Source: an uncultured Verrucomicrobiae bacterium (GTDB lineage: Bacteria > Verrucomicrobiota > Verrucomicrobiia > Chthoniobacterales > JAFAMB01). Taken from it: a stretch of DNA of 64,000 nt. This document shows positions 19,182 to 29,158 of this stretch, piece by piece. The notes beneath the pieces are model-generated. The model saw nothing but the letters and a program-made list of their open reading frames with translations, did not search any database and was not told the DNA's origin. Location: assembly GCA_963762565.1 (NCBI GenBank), contig CAVXLD010000003.1, positions 704,001 through 768,000 on the forward strand, given 5' to 3'. A program made the position numbers and the translations under genes. The stretch's first letter is position 1, and each line of letters opens with the position of its first letter.

Positions 19182-19574
19182 ATGTCTTCTTCACCTTCAT
19201 CGAATCCGAACAGCGATACCGGGCTTGCGTCCCATCTGGCCTCAGGAATTGCCGCCCTGGTCCCGCCCATTACCGGACTGATCTTTTACCTTATTGAGAA
19301 GAAGGACTCGCTGGCTCGGCACTGGGCTGTTCAAAGCATATTTTTCGGTTGTGTCTGGATTGTCCTCTGGATTGCTTATTGGATTGTGGCGGCAATCTTC
19401 GTGCACATTCCGATTCTCGGTCCGTTACTGATGGCACTTGTGTACTTCGTTTTGTGGATCGGCGGCTTTATTCTCTGGCTCCTCGGGGTTATCAACGCGT
19501 TCCAAGCCAAAAAGTGGGAGTACCCGATCGTTTCGGCACAGTGTAAAAAGCTGTTCCCGAAACTGGTGCCGTAG
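19182..19574 (+). CDS. DUF4870-like membrane protein (copy 2)
   Basis: Paralog of the preceding gene with the same C-terminus QCKKLFPKLVP. Confidence 0.8.
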   Translation: MSSSPSSNPNSDTGLASHLASGIAALVPPITGLIFYLIEKKDSLARHWAVQSIFFGCVWIVLWIAYWIVAAIFVHIPILGPLLMALVYFVLWIGGFILWLLGVINAFQAKKWEYPIVSAQCKKLFPKLVP

Positions 19575-19897
19575 GAGGGGACAGGGACCCAACTTGGTGG
19601 GGCGAGGCTCCCGTTCGGCCTTGATGGATTTTCAGGGACTGCAACGTCAAGCGTGAATTGGCGATTTGGGCCGATACGCCGCCGAGCCGCGCCCCTGGCT
19701 CGCCATCGGCCAACGCATGGTTTGGGCCGGGCTTCCTGCCTTGGCCCCTGTTCAGTTCCTAAGAAGCTGGTGCACGCTCGACCACGGCTCGGCAGCTGTT
19801 CGACACCGGCCGTTGCAGATTCGACCGGCGCAGTCTCCCTGCGACAAGTGTGTGGAAGATCCGGAGCCTCGCCCCACCAAAGTCTGGGCGAGCAAAG

Positions 19898-20704
19898 CTA
19901 GCGATACCCTTTCACCACCGAATGCACCGCCTCGGCAATTGGGGTGACAAAATCGAGGAGCTTCTGAGATAACCCTGGATCGTCGCCCAGTTCGCCGATT
20001 TTGCGCACAATCGCGCTTCCGACCACGACGCCGTCAGCCCACTCCGCGACCTGAGCGGCTTGCGCAGGGCTGGAGATACCGAAACCGACCACTACCGGAA
20101 GAGAAGTATGTCTTCGAATCTGGGCGAGACGTTCGGGAATCGAACCGGCTAGGTCATCTCGCTCGCCGGTTACGCCCTCTCGAGAAACGTAGTAGACGAA
20201 GCCACTGGCACTCCCGGTGATCGATCGGATCCTTTCTTCTGGCGTAGTGGGCGCGATCAGTCGAATTCGATGCATCTGCTGAACATCAACTGAATCCAGC
20301 GCCTCTTCTGGGGGCAGGTCCAGTAGCAAGAGTCCATCAACACCGGCGGCTAGCGCGTCTTCTTCAAACTGCCGGAACCCATATTGGAAGATTGGGTTGA
20401 GATAGCTGTATAAGACGATCGGCAGGCTGATCTTGCTCCGGATCAGAGAAATCGTATACAAGAGTTTGGGCAGCGTTGTACCGGCCTGAAGCGCCCGTTG
20501 GGCCCCGAGTTGATTGGCCACTCCATCTGCCAACGGGTCTGAGAACGGGACGCCGATCTCCAGAATATCAGCTCCCGCCCTTTCAAGCGTGGCCGCAATC
20601 TCAATGGTTTTCTCCAGGCTTGGGTCGCCGCCCGTAATGTAAACAATAAAAGCGCTTCGATTCTCGCTTTTAAGAGCGGCGAATTTCTCTTCGATCCGGT
20701 TCAT
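19898..20704 (-). CDS. trpA: Tryptophan synthase alpha chain
   Basis: EIGVPFSDPLADG, DLPPEE, VSREGVTG, VGFGIS, DGVVVGSAIV. Confidence 0.96.
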   Translation of the reverse strand: MNRIEEKFAALKSENRSAFIVYITGGDPSLEKTIEIAATLERAGADILEIGVPFSDPLADGVANQLGAQRALQAGTTLPKLLYTISLIRSKISLPIVLYSYLNPIFQYGFRQFEEDALAAGVDGLLLLDLPPEEALDSVDVQQMHRIRLIAPTTPEERIRSITGSASGFVYYVSREGVTGERDDLAGSIPERLAQIRRHTSLPVVVGFGISSPAQAAQVAEWADGVVVGSAIVRKIGELGDDPGLSQKLLDFVTPIAEAVHSVVKGYR

Positions 20705-20985
20705 CATCCTACTCGATAGCAAATAGCAGATAGCAGATAGCAAATCCAGCAGCCGACAGGCGGGGTCCGGGACGCGTTGGGTCCGAAGCAAGTCCAATTC
20801 AAAGTCAGCAGTAAGCAGTTAGCAGTAAGCATTGTCTGCGGAAAAGCAGGTCCGAAAATCAGGAGTAGGGCTTACTGCTTACCGCTTACTTGAAGGACAC
20901 TGTGCTCCCGCAAATACCCAGAGCGTGCCTCACCCAAGGCCCTGCTGGATTTGCTATTTGCTATTTGCTATTTGCTATTCTCTCT

Positions 20986-21579
20986 GTGGCCGCGCTTCCT
21001 CATTTCTCAGCCGCTCTTCTGGCCGGGGGACGTTCTCGGCGGATGGGACGCGACAAAAGACTTCTGGTTATCGATTGGGAAGGAGAACCGGTACCGCTCT
21101 GGAAACGGCAGTTGAACGTCCTACGCCAACTCGCACCGGTCGAGTTATTGGTTTCGGGATCGCCCGATCTTGAATATCCGCCCGATGCTAAGGTGGTACC
21201 GGACAGGATCGAAAATGCCGGTCCGCTTGCCGGTATCGTGAGTTGTCTGGAGGCTGCTAAATCCGAGTTGTTGCTAGTTTTGGCCGTCGACCTGCCCAAT
21301 ATGAATTCAGAGTACCTGAAAACACTGGTTCAGGGTTCGGCGCTTGGCTGTGGGGTCGTACCGGCGATTGCGCAGGCGGTTGAACCGGTCGTTGCGGTGT
21401 ATCCTGTGGAAGCGGCTACACTAGCCATCACCTGGTTGGAGCAAGGGGAGCGCAGCGTCCAAACTTTCGCTCGCCGGTTGGAACGGGAAGGTCTCGTAAC
21501 TATCCGAACGATTGCCCCAGCCGAGAAGGCTTTGTTCCGGAACTGGAATTCCCCGGAAGACCTCGCGAACTCGCCTTAG
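20986..21579 (+). CDS. mobA: Molybdenum cofactor guanylyltransferase
   Basis: LLAGGRSRRMGRDK, GPLAGI, AVDLP, FRNWNSPED. Confidence 0.9.
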   Translation: MAALPHFSAALLAGGRSRRMGRDKRLLVIDWEGEPVPLWKRQLNVLRQLAPVELLVSGSPDLEYPPDAKVVPDRIENAGPLAGIVSCLEAAKSELLLVLAVDLPNMNSEYLKTLVQGSALGCGVVPAIAQAVEPVVAVYPVEAATLAITWLEQGERSVQTFARRLEREGLVTIRTIAPAEKALFRNWNSPEDLANSP

Positions 21580-21704
21580 GCTCGTTCGCGAATAGCCAAT
21601 AGCCGATAGCCAATAGCCAAGGTGCGGCTGCTGAACCCAATCGGCTATTGGCTTATTGGCTATCGGCTATTGGCTATCGGTCATTCTAGCGAGCCTAAGG
21701 CGAG
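21570..21704. repeat. Repeat family G: CTCGCCTTAGGCTCG arms enclosing inverted heptamer arrays
   Basis: (AATAGCC)n-spacer-(GGCTATT)n between the arms. Related elements at 27880-28108, 31535-31653, 33011-33211 and 33937-34050. Confidence 0.85.
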
Positions 21705-22033
21705 CTAGCGGGGCTCGGGCTGGCATTCGCGTCGGTATCGTCGCCGTCGTCGTTGTCTGCGATGTCTGGGTTTTCGTCGGTGCGCACGACTTGCCCCGTG
21801 TCCGCGATGTGCACCTCGAGGTAAAACTTGCCGTTGAGAGTGATGTTGATCTTATAAATAGTGGCTGGACCCCAGTCGTAAGTGTCAATATTGGCCACTG
21901 TCTCCTCGGGATTTTGCAGAAGTTTCTTTAAACTGGCCTGAACCGCGCCCGGCAGAGAATCAACCGTCAGGGGATTCGCCAACATCGCCGTGGAGAACAA
22001 CACCGTCGCAGCGATCACAAACATCCAACGCAT
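21695..22033 (-). CDS. Small exported protein, PepSY-like
   Basis: Signal peptide, LPGAVQASL, Y.I.....G....V.I..TGQVV, acidic tail. Confidence 0.65.
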   Translation of the reverse strand: MRWMFVIAATVLFSTAMLANPLTVDSLPGAVQASLKKLLQNPEETVANIDTYDWGPATIYKINITLNGKFYLEVHIADTGQVVRTDENPDIADNDDGDDTDANASPSPASSP

Positions 22034-22258
22034 GGCCCGAAGCTATTGGTGAAGAGGGTTGATCGCAAGCGGACGTATCAGGAGGGCGAGGCTCCAAAAC
22101 GTGACCAACCTTTGATGGATTCGGTACCCGATCTGGTTGCACCCGAGAACGAAGCAGCATAGCCGAGCCGGGGGGTTGGGCACGCCACGCCACTGGAATC
22201 GTTCTCGTCCTCGTCCTCGAAAGCGGTGTGGGTCGACGCGACGTAAGATCACCCAGCG

Positions 22259-22536
22259 CCTGGAGGGGAGCCGCTTTGGCGCGTATCTCGCCGCTCTAGC
22301 AGATTCCGTCGCAATGTTAGTCCGGCCAGGGCGTGTGAAAACGGGCGGCTCCCGGGAATAACCCAGCGTGAAGCATTTACCTGTGACTTTCTATTCGTTT
22401 CAAGCCCGGACCGGAAAGCTGCAAACCGCTGGATTATTCGCGGGAGCCGCCTGTTGCGATATTCTTTGGCCGAAGGGAGCGCTGAAACAAATATCGCGAG
22501 GTCACCTAATACACGCCAAAGCGGCTCCCCTCCAGG
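22259..22536. repeat. Repeat family B four-armed palindromic element
   Basis: TGGAGGGGAGCCGCTTTG..GGCGGCTCCCGGGA..TTCnCGGGAGCCGCC..AAGCGGCTCCCCTCCA. Also at 23721-23923, 35792-36076, 44156-44359 and 50945-51235. Confidence 0.9.
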
Positions 22537-22693
22537 CCCTGGGCGATCGCACGTCGCGTCAGCCCGCCACGCTTTATCGACGACGAGAACGACGACGATC
22601 CAGGCCCACACGCCTCCTCCTGGCTCCTAGATTCTAGCTCCTTTTTTCCCCTTCCCCCCGCACCCAATCCGGGTACTGTTCGGCCAAAAAATC

Positions 22694-23692
22694 ATGCAAA
22701 CTCTCCAGCGACTGGCTTCTTGTTGGAACGTTTTTTATCGACTCCTGGCTTTGGGTACAGCGCTTTGTCCGCTCTCTCTTTTTGCGGCGCCGCTGACTCT
22801 GGGGGAACCCATTGCCGTGCCGGGAACAAAAGGCCGGTTCGATCTTCTAGAAGTCGACCGGCCGTTGCATCGGCTATTAGCAGATCATACCGGCAACAAG
22901 TCTTTGGATGTTTTCAATCTTCCGGACGGAAAATTAATCAAAAGCGTCACGACCGGGGCAGCTCAGGATGTCGCCATTGATGCAGCCCACGACAGCTACT
23001 ACGTCGCGGTCAGCGATCAAAAGAAACTAGTGGAGGTCGATCGAAGAGCGCTGGATGTGAGCGGCTCAGTCGACCTGCCGGGACCACCGGACTCGCTGAC
23101 GTATTTTCCGAAAAACGGGAAGGTGTATGTGGATCATGATGACGGCGAAGATCTGTGGGTAATCGATCCTGCCGCCCAAAAAATTGTGGCTACAATCGCG
23201 ATCCCGACGGCCCCAGAAATCATTTTATACGACCCGGTTTCTGAAGAGCTCTTTCAGAACATCAAGTCCAAACCGGTAATGTTGGTGATTGATCCGACCG
23301 CAAACACTATCGCCCAAACTTTCTCAACTTTACCCGCCGAAAAACCGCACGGGATTGCGATCGACCCGAAAACCCGTCGATTGTTCTCAGCCGGTGGGAA
23401 CGGAAAGTTGGTGGTCATGGATAGCACTACCGGTGTGTGTATACAGTCAGTTGATATCGCGCCGGGCGTCGATCAAATCGCGTTCGATCCAGGAAACCAA
23501 CGGATTTACTGCGCGAGTGGCCAAGGTAAACTGTCCGTTTTAGAAGAGACGGTCGAAGGCGCCAAACCGTTGGGCGAAGTAGAGACACCAAAGGGAACGC
23601 ACTCGGTGGCGGTTGACCCGGATACCCACTCAGTCTGGATTGCGTTTGCCAAGGACAACGTTCCCTATATTGCCGAGCTGAAAGCGCTTTGA
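22694..23692 (+). CDS. YncE-family beta-propeller protein, exported
   Basis: Signal peptide, GRFDLL, repeated blades (PHGIAIDP, GVDQIAFDP, HSVAVDP). Confidence 0.8.
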   Translation: MQTLQRLASCWNVFYRLLALGTALCPLSLFAAPLTLGEPIAVPGTKGRFDLLEVDRPLHRLLADHTGNKSLDVFNLPDGKLIKSVTTGAAQDVAIDAAHDSYYVAVSDQKKLVEVDRRALDVSGSVDLPGPPDSLTYFPKNGKVYVDHDDGEDLWVIDPAAQKIVATIAIPTAPEIILYDPVSEELFQNIKSKPVMLVIDPTANTIAQTFSTLPAEKPHGIAIDPKTRRLFSAGGNGKLVVMDSTTGVCIQSVDIAPGVDQIAFDPGNQRIYCASGQGKLSVLEETVEGAKPLGEVETPKGTHSVAVDPDTHSVWIAFAKDNVPYIAELKAL

Positions 23693-23942
23693 GCCCTGGT
23701 ATGGCGAGGCCCTGAATGGCTTGGAGGGGAGCCGCTTTGTTAGTCAGCAGCTCTGTAGGTTTGCAACAGGCGGCTCCCGAGCGCGTTCCAGGGCTACGCA
23801 GTTCTGTCCACGGCTGAGACTCTTAACTGACGTTCCTCCCGCGGGGCTAACGTTGGGTAATTCCCGGGAGCCGCCTGCTGCCATTCCATAGAACTGCCAC
23901 CTTACGAAGCGGCTCCCCTCCAAGCTATTCGAAGCCGAGCAC

Positions 23943-24401
23943 TTAGGAAACCGGCGGCATGGCTACCTGGGTGCCTGGGCCTGGCAAGGTTTCGCCCTTG
24001 AAGAGCGCCTTCACGGATGCGCGGCTTAAAACGATCAACGAAAAGATTCCCAGCACGATCCCCGGGATACCTCCGATAACCAACGTGACGATCGCTAAGA
24101 TGAAACAGAACCAGTATCCACCTTGATGCTTCCGATATTTCCCACCTGCCATCAGGGTCAGGACTCCATAGATAACCACAATAATAAAAAGGATAACACC
24201 GACACCAATCATTACCCCGCCCACGACACCGGCGTTGACGTTTTCGTCTGTAGAGCTCGAAGTAGCCGATGGATTAGCCATCAGGACGATACCAATAAAG
24301 AGGAAGTAAGCTCCGATCGCGAGCCCGCCAACAAGGGATAGTGCGCCCCAAATATAGTGGAAAATGCCAAGTAGCTTCAGGTGTTCGAGGTCTTTTTCCA
24401 T
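23943..24401 (-). CDS. Hypothetical membrane protein
   Basis: EHLKLLGIFHYI followed by several hydrophobic helices. Confidence 0.7.
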   Translation of the reverse strand: MEKDLEHLKLLGIFHYIWGALSLVGGLAIGAYFLFIGIVLMANPSATSSSTDENVNAGVVGGVMIGVGVILFIIVVIYGVLTLMAGGKYRKHQGGYWFCFILAIVTLVIGGIPGIVLGIFSLIVLSRASVKALFKGETLPGPGTQVAMPPVS

Positions 24402-24504
24402 GCGCCGGTTCTCTCAGATTTGAAGTGTTTGGGCGAGAAGAATTTGGAAGTAGCGGTTTAGATGGTAATGAGAGGGGTAAGGGCGGGAATTAATTGCAAA
24501 TGAC

Positions 24505-24533
24505 TTGCATCAAGATTCCTACTCTCCTATCCT
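24505..24533 (+). promoter_or_regulatory. Candidate sigma70 promoter, leaderless geometry
   Basis: TTGCAT-17 nt-TATCCT, 7 nt before GTG 24541. Confidence 0.45.
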
Positions 24534-24540
24534 CGGGCCG

Positions 24541-24906
24541 GTGATTCGACGTGTGACGAGATTATCGTGGCTTGGTCCGCTGATCCAGACAGGTCAGCGC
24601 TGGACCGGAGCCCTGCTCGTCGTCGCGGTACTGTGGGCTTTAACGCTTTCCGTTTCGCCTCAACTACACGAGTTAGTTCATCCGGACGCCGATCACGAGG
24701 ATCATGATTGCGCGGTTACCCTCTTTCTTGGGGGTGGGCTGTTGCATTCTCCGGTGTTGCCCAGCCTGGTTGCTGGACCGCTATTCACATTCCTTAGGCG
24801 CGCTCCCAGTCTGCCCCCGATTATTCTTGCGGCGCTGTTTACCGGGCAAAGTGTCTTCGAACGTGGACCACCCGCGCTCCGCGGGGCGTGCTTCATTTCT
24901 GCCTGA
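24541..24906 (+). CDS. DUF2946-like His/Cys-rich leader protein with C-terminal RGPP
   Basis: Hydrophobic helix, HELVHPDADHEDHDC, FERGPP near the C-terminus. Lies upstream of a TonB-dependent receptor. Confidence 0.7.
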   Translation: MIRRVTRLSWLGPLIQTGQRWTGALLVVAVLWALTLSVSPQLHELVHPDADHEDHDCAVTLFLGGGLLHSPVLPSLVAGPLFTFLRRAPSLPPIILAALFTGQSVFERGPPALRGACFISA

Positions 24907-25125
24907 TCTTAGAGCTCTTTAGGAGCAGAATCTTTATTGCGAGGCACCCTCCGCGAGGAATGACCTGTGGAGCCGGTTGGCATGCACACGTCAACGATCG
25001 CACCGTTCCCAGAGTAGGGGAATGCATTGGGCCTTCACCCGGACATAAAAAGGCTCGTCGCGTCGGCGTTGGCAGAACTCCGGCCACTAACCGCCAGTCG
25101 CAAAACTTTTTTCACGACCAGTCAA

Positions 25126-27342
25126 ATGAACCCTTTTCTTTCAGTGCCTAACCATTGTTCCTATTTACGCCTTTTTTTGGCAATTAGTGCCGCTTCGTTT
25201 CTCCTTCTCAGCTTGACCTTGCCAACCTCCGCACAGCAGGCTCCTTCGACAAGCTCAGCACCGGCGGCGTCCGCGAGCCCGTCTCCTTCGCCCGGTAACC
25301 CAGCCGGCTCTCCCGCAACTCAAGCCATTCAGGGGTTGGACACCGTCACTGTGATCGGCCAACTCAATGAGGCCCGAGACCAAATCGTCCCGGATCTCGG
25401 CGCCACGAAATATTCAATTGGCCAAACGCAGATTCAGGGGGAAGCACAAGGCGATAACGCGACTTTCAACCAAGTGATTCTGCGCGCACCCGGAGTCGCT
25501 CAAGATTCCTACGGGCAACTGCATGTCCGTGATGAACATGCCAATCTCCAATACCGTATCGACGGAGTCGTGATCCCAGAAGGGATCACCGGTTTCGGTC
25601 AAGAGATTGATACCCGCCTGGTTCAGAACGTCGATTTGATTACCGGCTCGTTACCAGCCCAGTTCGGTTTTTACACCACCGGGATCATCGATATTCAGAC
25701 CAAGGAAGGTCCGGATCTGAACGGTGGCGAGGTATCTATGTATGGCGGTTCCCATGATACGATTAACCCAAGTTTCGAATCGGGCGGGTCATATGGAAGA
25801 TTCAACTATTTCGTTGTGGGAAGTTATAATTCCAACAACCTCGGGATTGAAAACACAACTGGTTCACCCTACGCCATTCATGATCGCACCGATCAATATA
25901 AACTGTTTGCGGATCTCTCTTATATCATTGACGACACCAGCCGGATTACATTGCTGCTAAGCGGCACCTACTCCGACTTTCAAATCCCGAATAACCCCAA
26001 CCAAACACCGGCCTTTACGCTGGCGAATGCGGCGCCTGACAAGTTTAACTCGATCAACCTCAACGAGAATCAGCACGAGCAGAACCATTACGCCATCCTT
26101 GCGTATCAAAAGACGATCGATGACCTGACCTTTCAACTGGCTGTGTTTAGCCGGTATAGTGCGACATTATTCACTCCGGACAATCAGGGCGATCTGATCT
26201 TCAACGGGATAGCCAGCCGGGTTGATGACAATATTTTTTCTAATGGGGTTCAATTTGATGCGGCTTGGCGGTTGAATGACTACCATACTATCCGGGGGGG
26301 ATTTCTGGTGACAGTGGAAAAGGCAGTCGCGGATAGCAACAACCTGGTTTTCCCCGGTGGTCCCGGATTTCAAAGCTCGGCTGTGCCTGTCGATATCACC
26401 GATGACAGCAGTAAGACCGGCCTCTATTACGGGTGGTACTTACAAGATGAATGGCGTGTATTTACGCCTTTGACCATTAACTTCGGCGGCCGATTCGACA
26501 TCATTGATGAATACGCACACGAAAATCAGCTTAGTCCGCGGGTTAACATTGTCTTAAAAGCAACCAGTACCCTGACAATGCATGCCGGGTATTCCAAATA
26601 CTTTACCCCGCCGCCGCTGGAACTGGTGGCTAATCGAGATCTGGCGAAGTTCATCGGTACAACCAATCAGGCTGCAGTGAATATAAGTTCTCCGGTCCAG
26701 CCGGAGAAAGCAGATTATTTTGACGCAGGCCTGACTGAGCAGTTCACCAGCGCTTTTTCCATGGGAGTGGACACCTATTATAAAGAAGCGCATGACCTGT
26801 TGGATTTAGGCCAGTTCGGCGCCGCGTTGATTTTTGCCCCTTTCAACTATGTACAGGGTAACCAATACGGCACGGAAGTAACCGCCAATTATACGGAGAA
26901 AGGATTTAACGCGTATTTGAATTTCGGCTTCGAGCGTGGCACCGGCAAAACCCTTGGCTCCGGGCAATTTCAGTTTGGACCGGACGAAGTCGCCTTCATA
27001 CAGAATCACTGGGTTTTTCTCGATCACGATCAACGCTACACAGCTTCGGCCGGCGTCTCGTACTCGTTTATGAACACAACCGTGTACAGTGATATGCTGT
27101 ACGGCAACGGCCTTCGCAGCGGGTTCGCTAGCACGGATGAAGTCCCGGCCTATTGGGTGTTTAACGTAGGCCTGAGCCATACCTTCAATTTGCCGGAATA
27201 CGGCAAGATCCAAGTGCGGTTTGATATCACCAATCTCTTTAATAATGCTTACGAGCTGCGCACCGGGTCCGGCATCGGAGTGTTTGCGCCTCAATATGGC
27301 CCGCGCCGCGGGTTTTTTGGCGGAGTTTCTTGGATATTCTAA
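25126..27342 (+). CDS. TonB-dependent receptor
   Basis: Signal peptide, TonB-box-like DTVTVIG, plug PGV...HVR...IDGV, barrel motifs SPR and NLFN, terminal Phe. Confidence 0.93.
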   Translation: MNPFLSVPNHCSYLRLFLAISAASFLLLSLTLPTSAQQAPSTSSAPAASASPSPSPGNPAGSPATQAIQGLDTVTVIGQLNEARDQIVPDLGATKYSIGQTQIQGEAQGDNATFNQVILRAPGVAQDSYGQLHVRDEHANLQYRIDGVVIPEGITGFGQEIDTRLVQNVDLITGSLPAQFGFYTTGIIDIQTKEGPDLNGGEVSMYGGSHDTINPSFESGGSYGRFNYFVVGSYNSNNLGIENTTGSPYAIHDRTDQYKLFADLSYIIDDTSRITLLLSGTYSDFQIPNNPNQTPAFTLANAAPDKFNSINLNENQHEQNHYAILAYQKTIDDLTFQLAVFSRYSATLFTPDNQGDLIFNGIASRVDDNIFSNGVQFDAAWRLNDYHTIRGGFLVTVEKAVADSNNLVFPGGPGFQSSAVPVDITDDSSKTGLYYGWYLQDEWRVFTPLTINFGGRFDIIDEYAHENQLSPRVNIVLKATSTLTMHAGYSKYFTPPPLELVANRDLAKFIGTTNQAAVNISSPVQPEKADYFDAGLTEQFTSAFSMGVDTYYKEAHDLLDLGQFGAALIFAPFNYVQGNQYGTEVTANYTEKGFNAYLNFGFERGTGKTLGSGQFQFGPDEVAFIQNHWVFLDHDQRYTASAGVSYSFMNTTVYSDMLYGNGLRSGFASTDEVPAYWVFNVGLSHTFNLPEYGKIQVRFDITNLFNNAYELRTGSGIGVFAPQYGPRRGFFGGVSWIF

Positions 27343-27384
27343 AGCGGTTGCATGCTGGTGCTGACAGTTGTACACAAATGGGCA

Positions 27385-27888
27385 ATGGACGGCAAACGCT
27401 TGGCTACGGCGCTCGCTTTCATGATGACGCCCATTTCATTCCTGGCTGCTCAGGAAAAGGGTGGCCCATCGAGTGGCGAGCTTGAAGCCATCAAAGCTGA
27501 ATTGAGATCACAGGACGATCGCATCAACAGGTTATCTGCTGAAGTCAATCGTTTGGTGGAGATCTTGAGAGAAAAGGGAATCACGGTTGACAAAGGGACC
27601 ATGTCGGCGCCAAGGGCTTCAGCAGTGCCAAAGGCTTCGGCAGCCAGTCCGAGCGCAACAGTTCCAGGCACGGTCGGTGTCGATAATCCGTCACCGACGG
27701 CAATGGGAGGTGTCCGCACCCACGTTGTAGCCAAAGGCGAAACGTTGATTCAGATCGCAAAACAGTATGGCGTCACCGTCGACGATATTGAGCAGCTCAA
27801 TAAAATACAGGATGCGAAAAAATTGCAGATCGGCCAGACCCTGAAAATTCCTGGATCAGGCAGCCCATCGCCGGCGGAGTCGCCTTAG
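27385..27888 (+). CDS. LysM peptidoglycan-binding protein with coiled coil
   Basis: HVVAKGETLIQIAKQYGVTVDDIEQLNKI...LQIGQTLKIP. Alternative start at 27352. Confidence 0.88.
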   Translation: MDGKRLATALAFMMTPISFLAAQEKGGPSSGELEAIKAELRSQDDRINRLSAEVNRLVEILREKGITVDKGTMSAPRASAVPKASAASPSATVPGTVGVDNPSPTAMGGVRTHVVAKGETLIQIAKQYGVTVDDIEQLNKIQDAKKLQIGQTLKIPGSGSPSPAESP

Positions 27889-28126
27889 GCTCCTCCGCCA
27901 ATGACAAATGACAGATCCCAGATGACAAATGGGCCATGGCTGCGCACTACAATTTGTCATCTGTCATTTGTCATTTGTCATCTGGAGCGAGCATGACTGA
28001 CGGGACTCGCCTGATGTTCGTCCCGAATAGCAAATCGCAAATGAGTTTGGCTGCCAGGCGCAATATTTGCTATCTGCGATTTGCTATGCGGAGCGAGCCT
28101 AAGGCGAGTCTCCGCACTGCTCCGAG

Positions 28127-28155
28127 TTGCTTTCCAATTTGTAACTAAGTACTGT
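28127..28155 (+). promoter_or_regulatory. Candidate sigma70 promoter for ubact, leaderless geometry
   Basis: TTGCTT-17 nt-TACTGT, 6 nt before ATG 28162. No Shine-Dalgarno sequence. Confidence 0.45.
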
Positions 28156-28161
28156 ACGAAT

Positions 28162-28338
28162 ATGCCCGAGAGGACGCAAAAACCACCAGCACCGGCACCT
28201 TGGGAACCTAAGCAAGGAGATGGAGACGGGCCACGGAGTCCCGATGTCTCTAAGCCGGACACGAAAGATTTGTTGAAGCGGATGCGAAAAGTCGATCCGA
28301 ACCAGTCAAAGCGCTATCGGCAGCGGACTGGCCAGTAA
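28162..28338 (+). CDS. ubact: Ubiquitin-like protein UBact (Pup analogue)
   Basis: 58-aa disordered protein, LLKRMRKVDP..RYRQRTGQ with the R[ST]G[EQ] C-terminus, ending 1 bp before the proteasome beta gene. Confidence 0.92.
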   Translation: MPERTQKPPAPAPWEPKQGDGDGPRSPDVSKPDTKDLLKRMRKVDPNQSKRYRQRTGQ

Positions 28339-28339
28339 A

Positions 28340-29158
28340 ATGGAGTTGTTTGAATCGAATTCCGCGAACGCGGGCGATTTCGTGACCCTGCTGAAGCGCA
28401 CCGGTGTGCTACCAGAGCAAAAGCATCTCAACGAACAGCTTTCGGCTTCGGGCGGACGCCCGGCTGTTGTAGAGACGCAAGCGACCACGGTTCTCGCGTT
28501 CAAGTTTTCCGACGGAGTCCTGGTGGCCGGGGACCGCCGAGCGACCGCCGGCAACATCGTGATGTACGATCGAGCGGACAAAGTCCTTGAGATCGACCGA
28601 CACTCCGTAATGGCCATTGCCGGATCACCGGCTACCGCCTGGGAAATGGCTCGCGTGCTGGAGCATTCGTTCCAGTTTTATCGGCGTAGTCAATTGCAGG
28701 AAATGAGCGTGGAAGGCAAAGTACGCGCGCTTTCCAAACTGCTGAGGGACAACCTCGGGATGGTGTTACAGGGGGTTGGCGTTGTGGTTCCCTTGTTCGC
28801 TACCTACGATCACGGCGCGGACGACCCGGCCAAAGTTTTTTTCTATGACGCGATGGGCGCCCAGTTCGAGGCTACCGATTTTGCCGCAAGCGGTTCCGGC
28901 GGGCCTTCCGTCCGGAGCATTCTGTATTATGAGAACGCCTGGGGAAAGACGCCGTTGCGAGAGCTGGACCAGAAGGACGCGATCACGATCGCGTTGCGAG
29001 CACTGGATACTGCGGCAGAAGCGGATACCGCGACCGGTGGGATCGACCGCCAGGGGAAAATCTTCCCGATCGTGAAGATCGTGAACCAAGACGGTATCAC
29101 GACAGTATCGCATGATGTTCTCTCTTCGTTGTTTCAAGCGGCGCTTCCACCATCATGA
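28340..29158 (+). CDS. prcB: 20S proteasome beta subunit
   Basis: Propeptide then TTVLA. Thr1, Asp17 and Lys33 are at the exact spacing; SGSG present. Confidence 0.92.
   Translation: MELFESNSANAGDFVTLLKRTGVLPEQKHLNEQLSASGGRPAVVETQATTVLAFKFSDGVLVAGDRRATAGNIVMYDRADKVLEIDRHSVMAIAGSPATAWEMARVLEHSFQFYRRSQLQEMSVEGKVRALSKLLRDNLGMVLQGVGVVVPLFATYDHGADDPAKVFFYDAMGAQFEATDFAASGSGGPSVRSILYYENAWGKTPLRELDQKDAITIALRALDTAAEADTATGGIDRQGKIFPIVKIVNQDGITTVSHDVLSSLFQAALPPS

Noticed and set aside
19898..20704. Solitary trpA as a notable anomaly
   Set aside because: Scattered trp genes are common; trpB may lie elsewhere in the genome.
20705..20985. N-terminal extensions of trpA and mobA in the ORF track (also pfkA, DUF72, GAF, ubact, ECF)
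   Set aside because: The extensions run through tandem-repeat tracts (LSAICYLL, AICYLLFA, VDSVDKVD); family motifs start downstream.
24907..25125. Cobalamin or other riboswitch before the TonB receptor
   Set aside because: Only isolated GGGAA/GCCACT-like words are present and the ordered core was not found. An Rfam/Infernal search would settle it.
26806..27375. Long antisense ORFs (also 787-1365, 39361-39816, 48339-48800)
   Set aside because: Shadow frames of well-supported genes with no motifs of their own.
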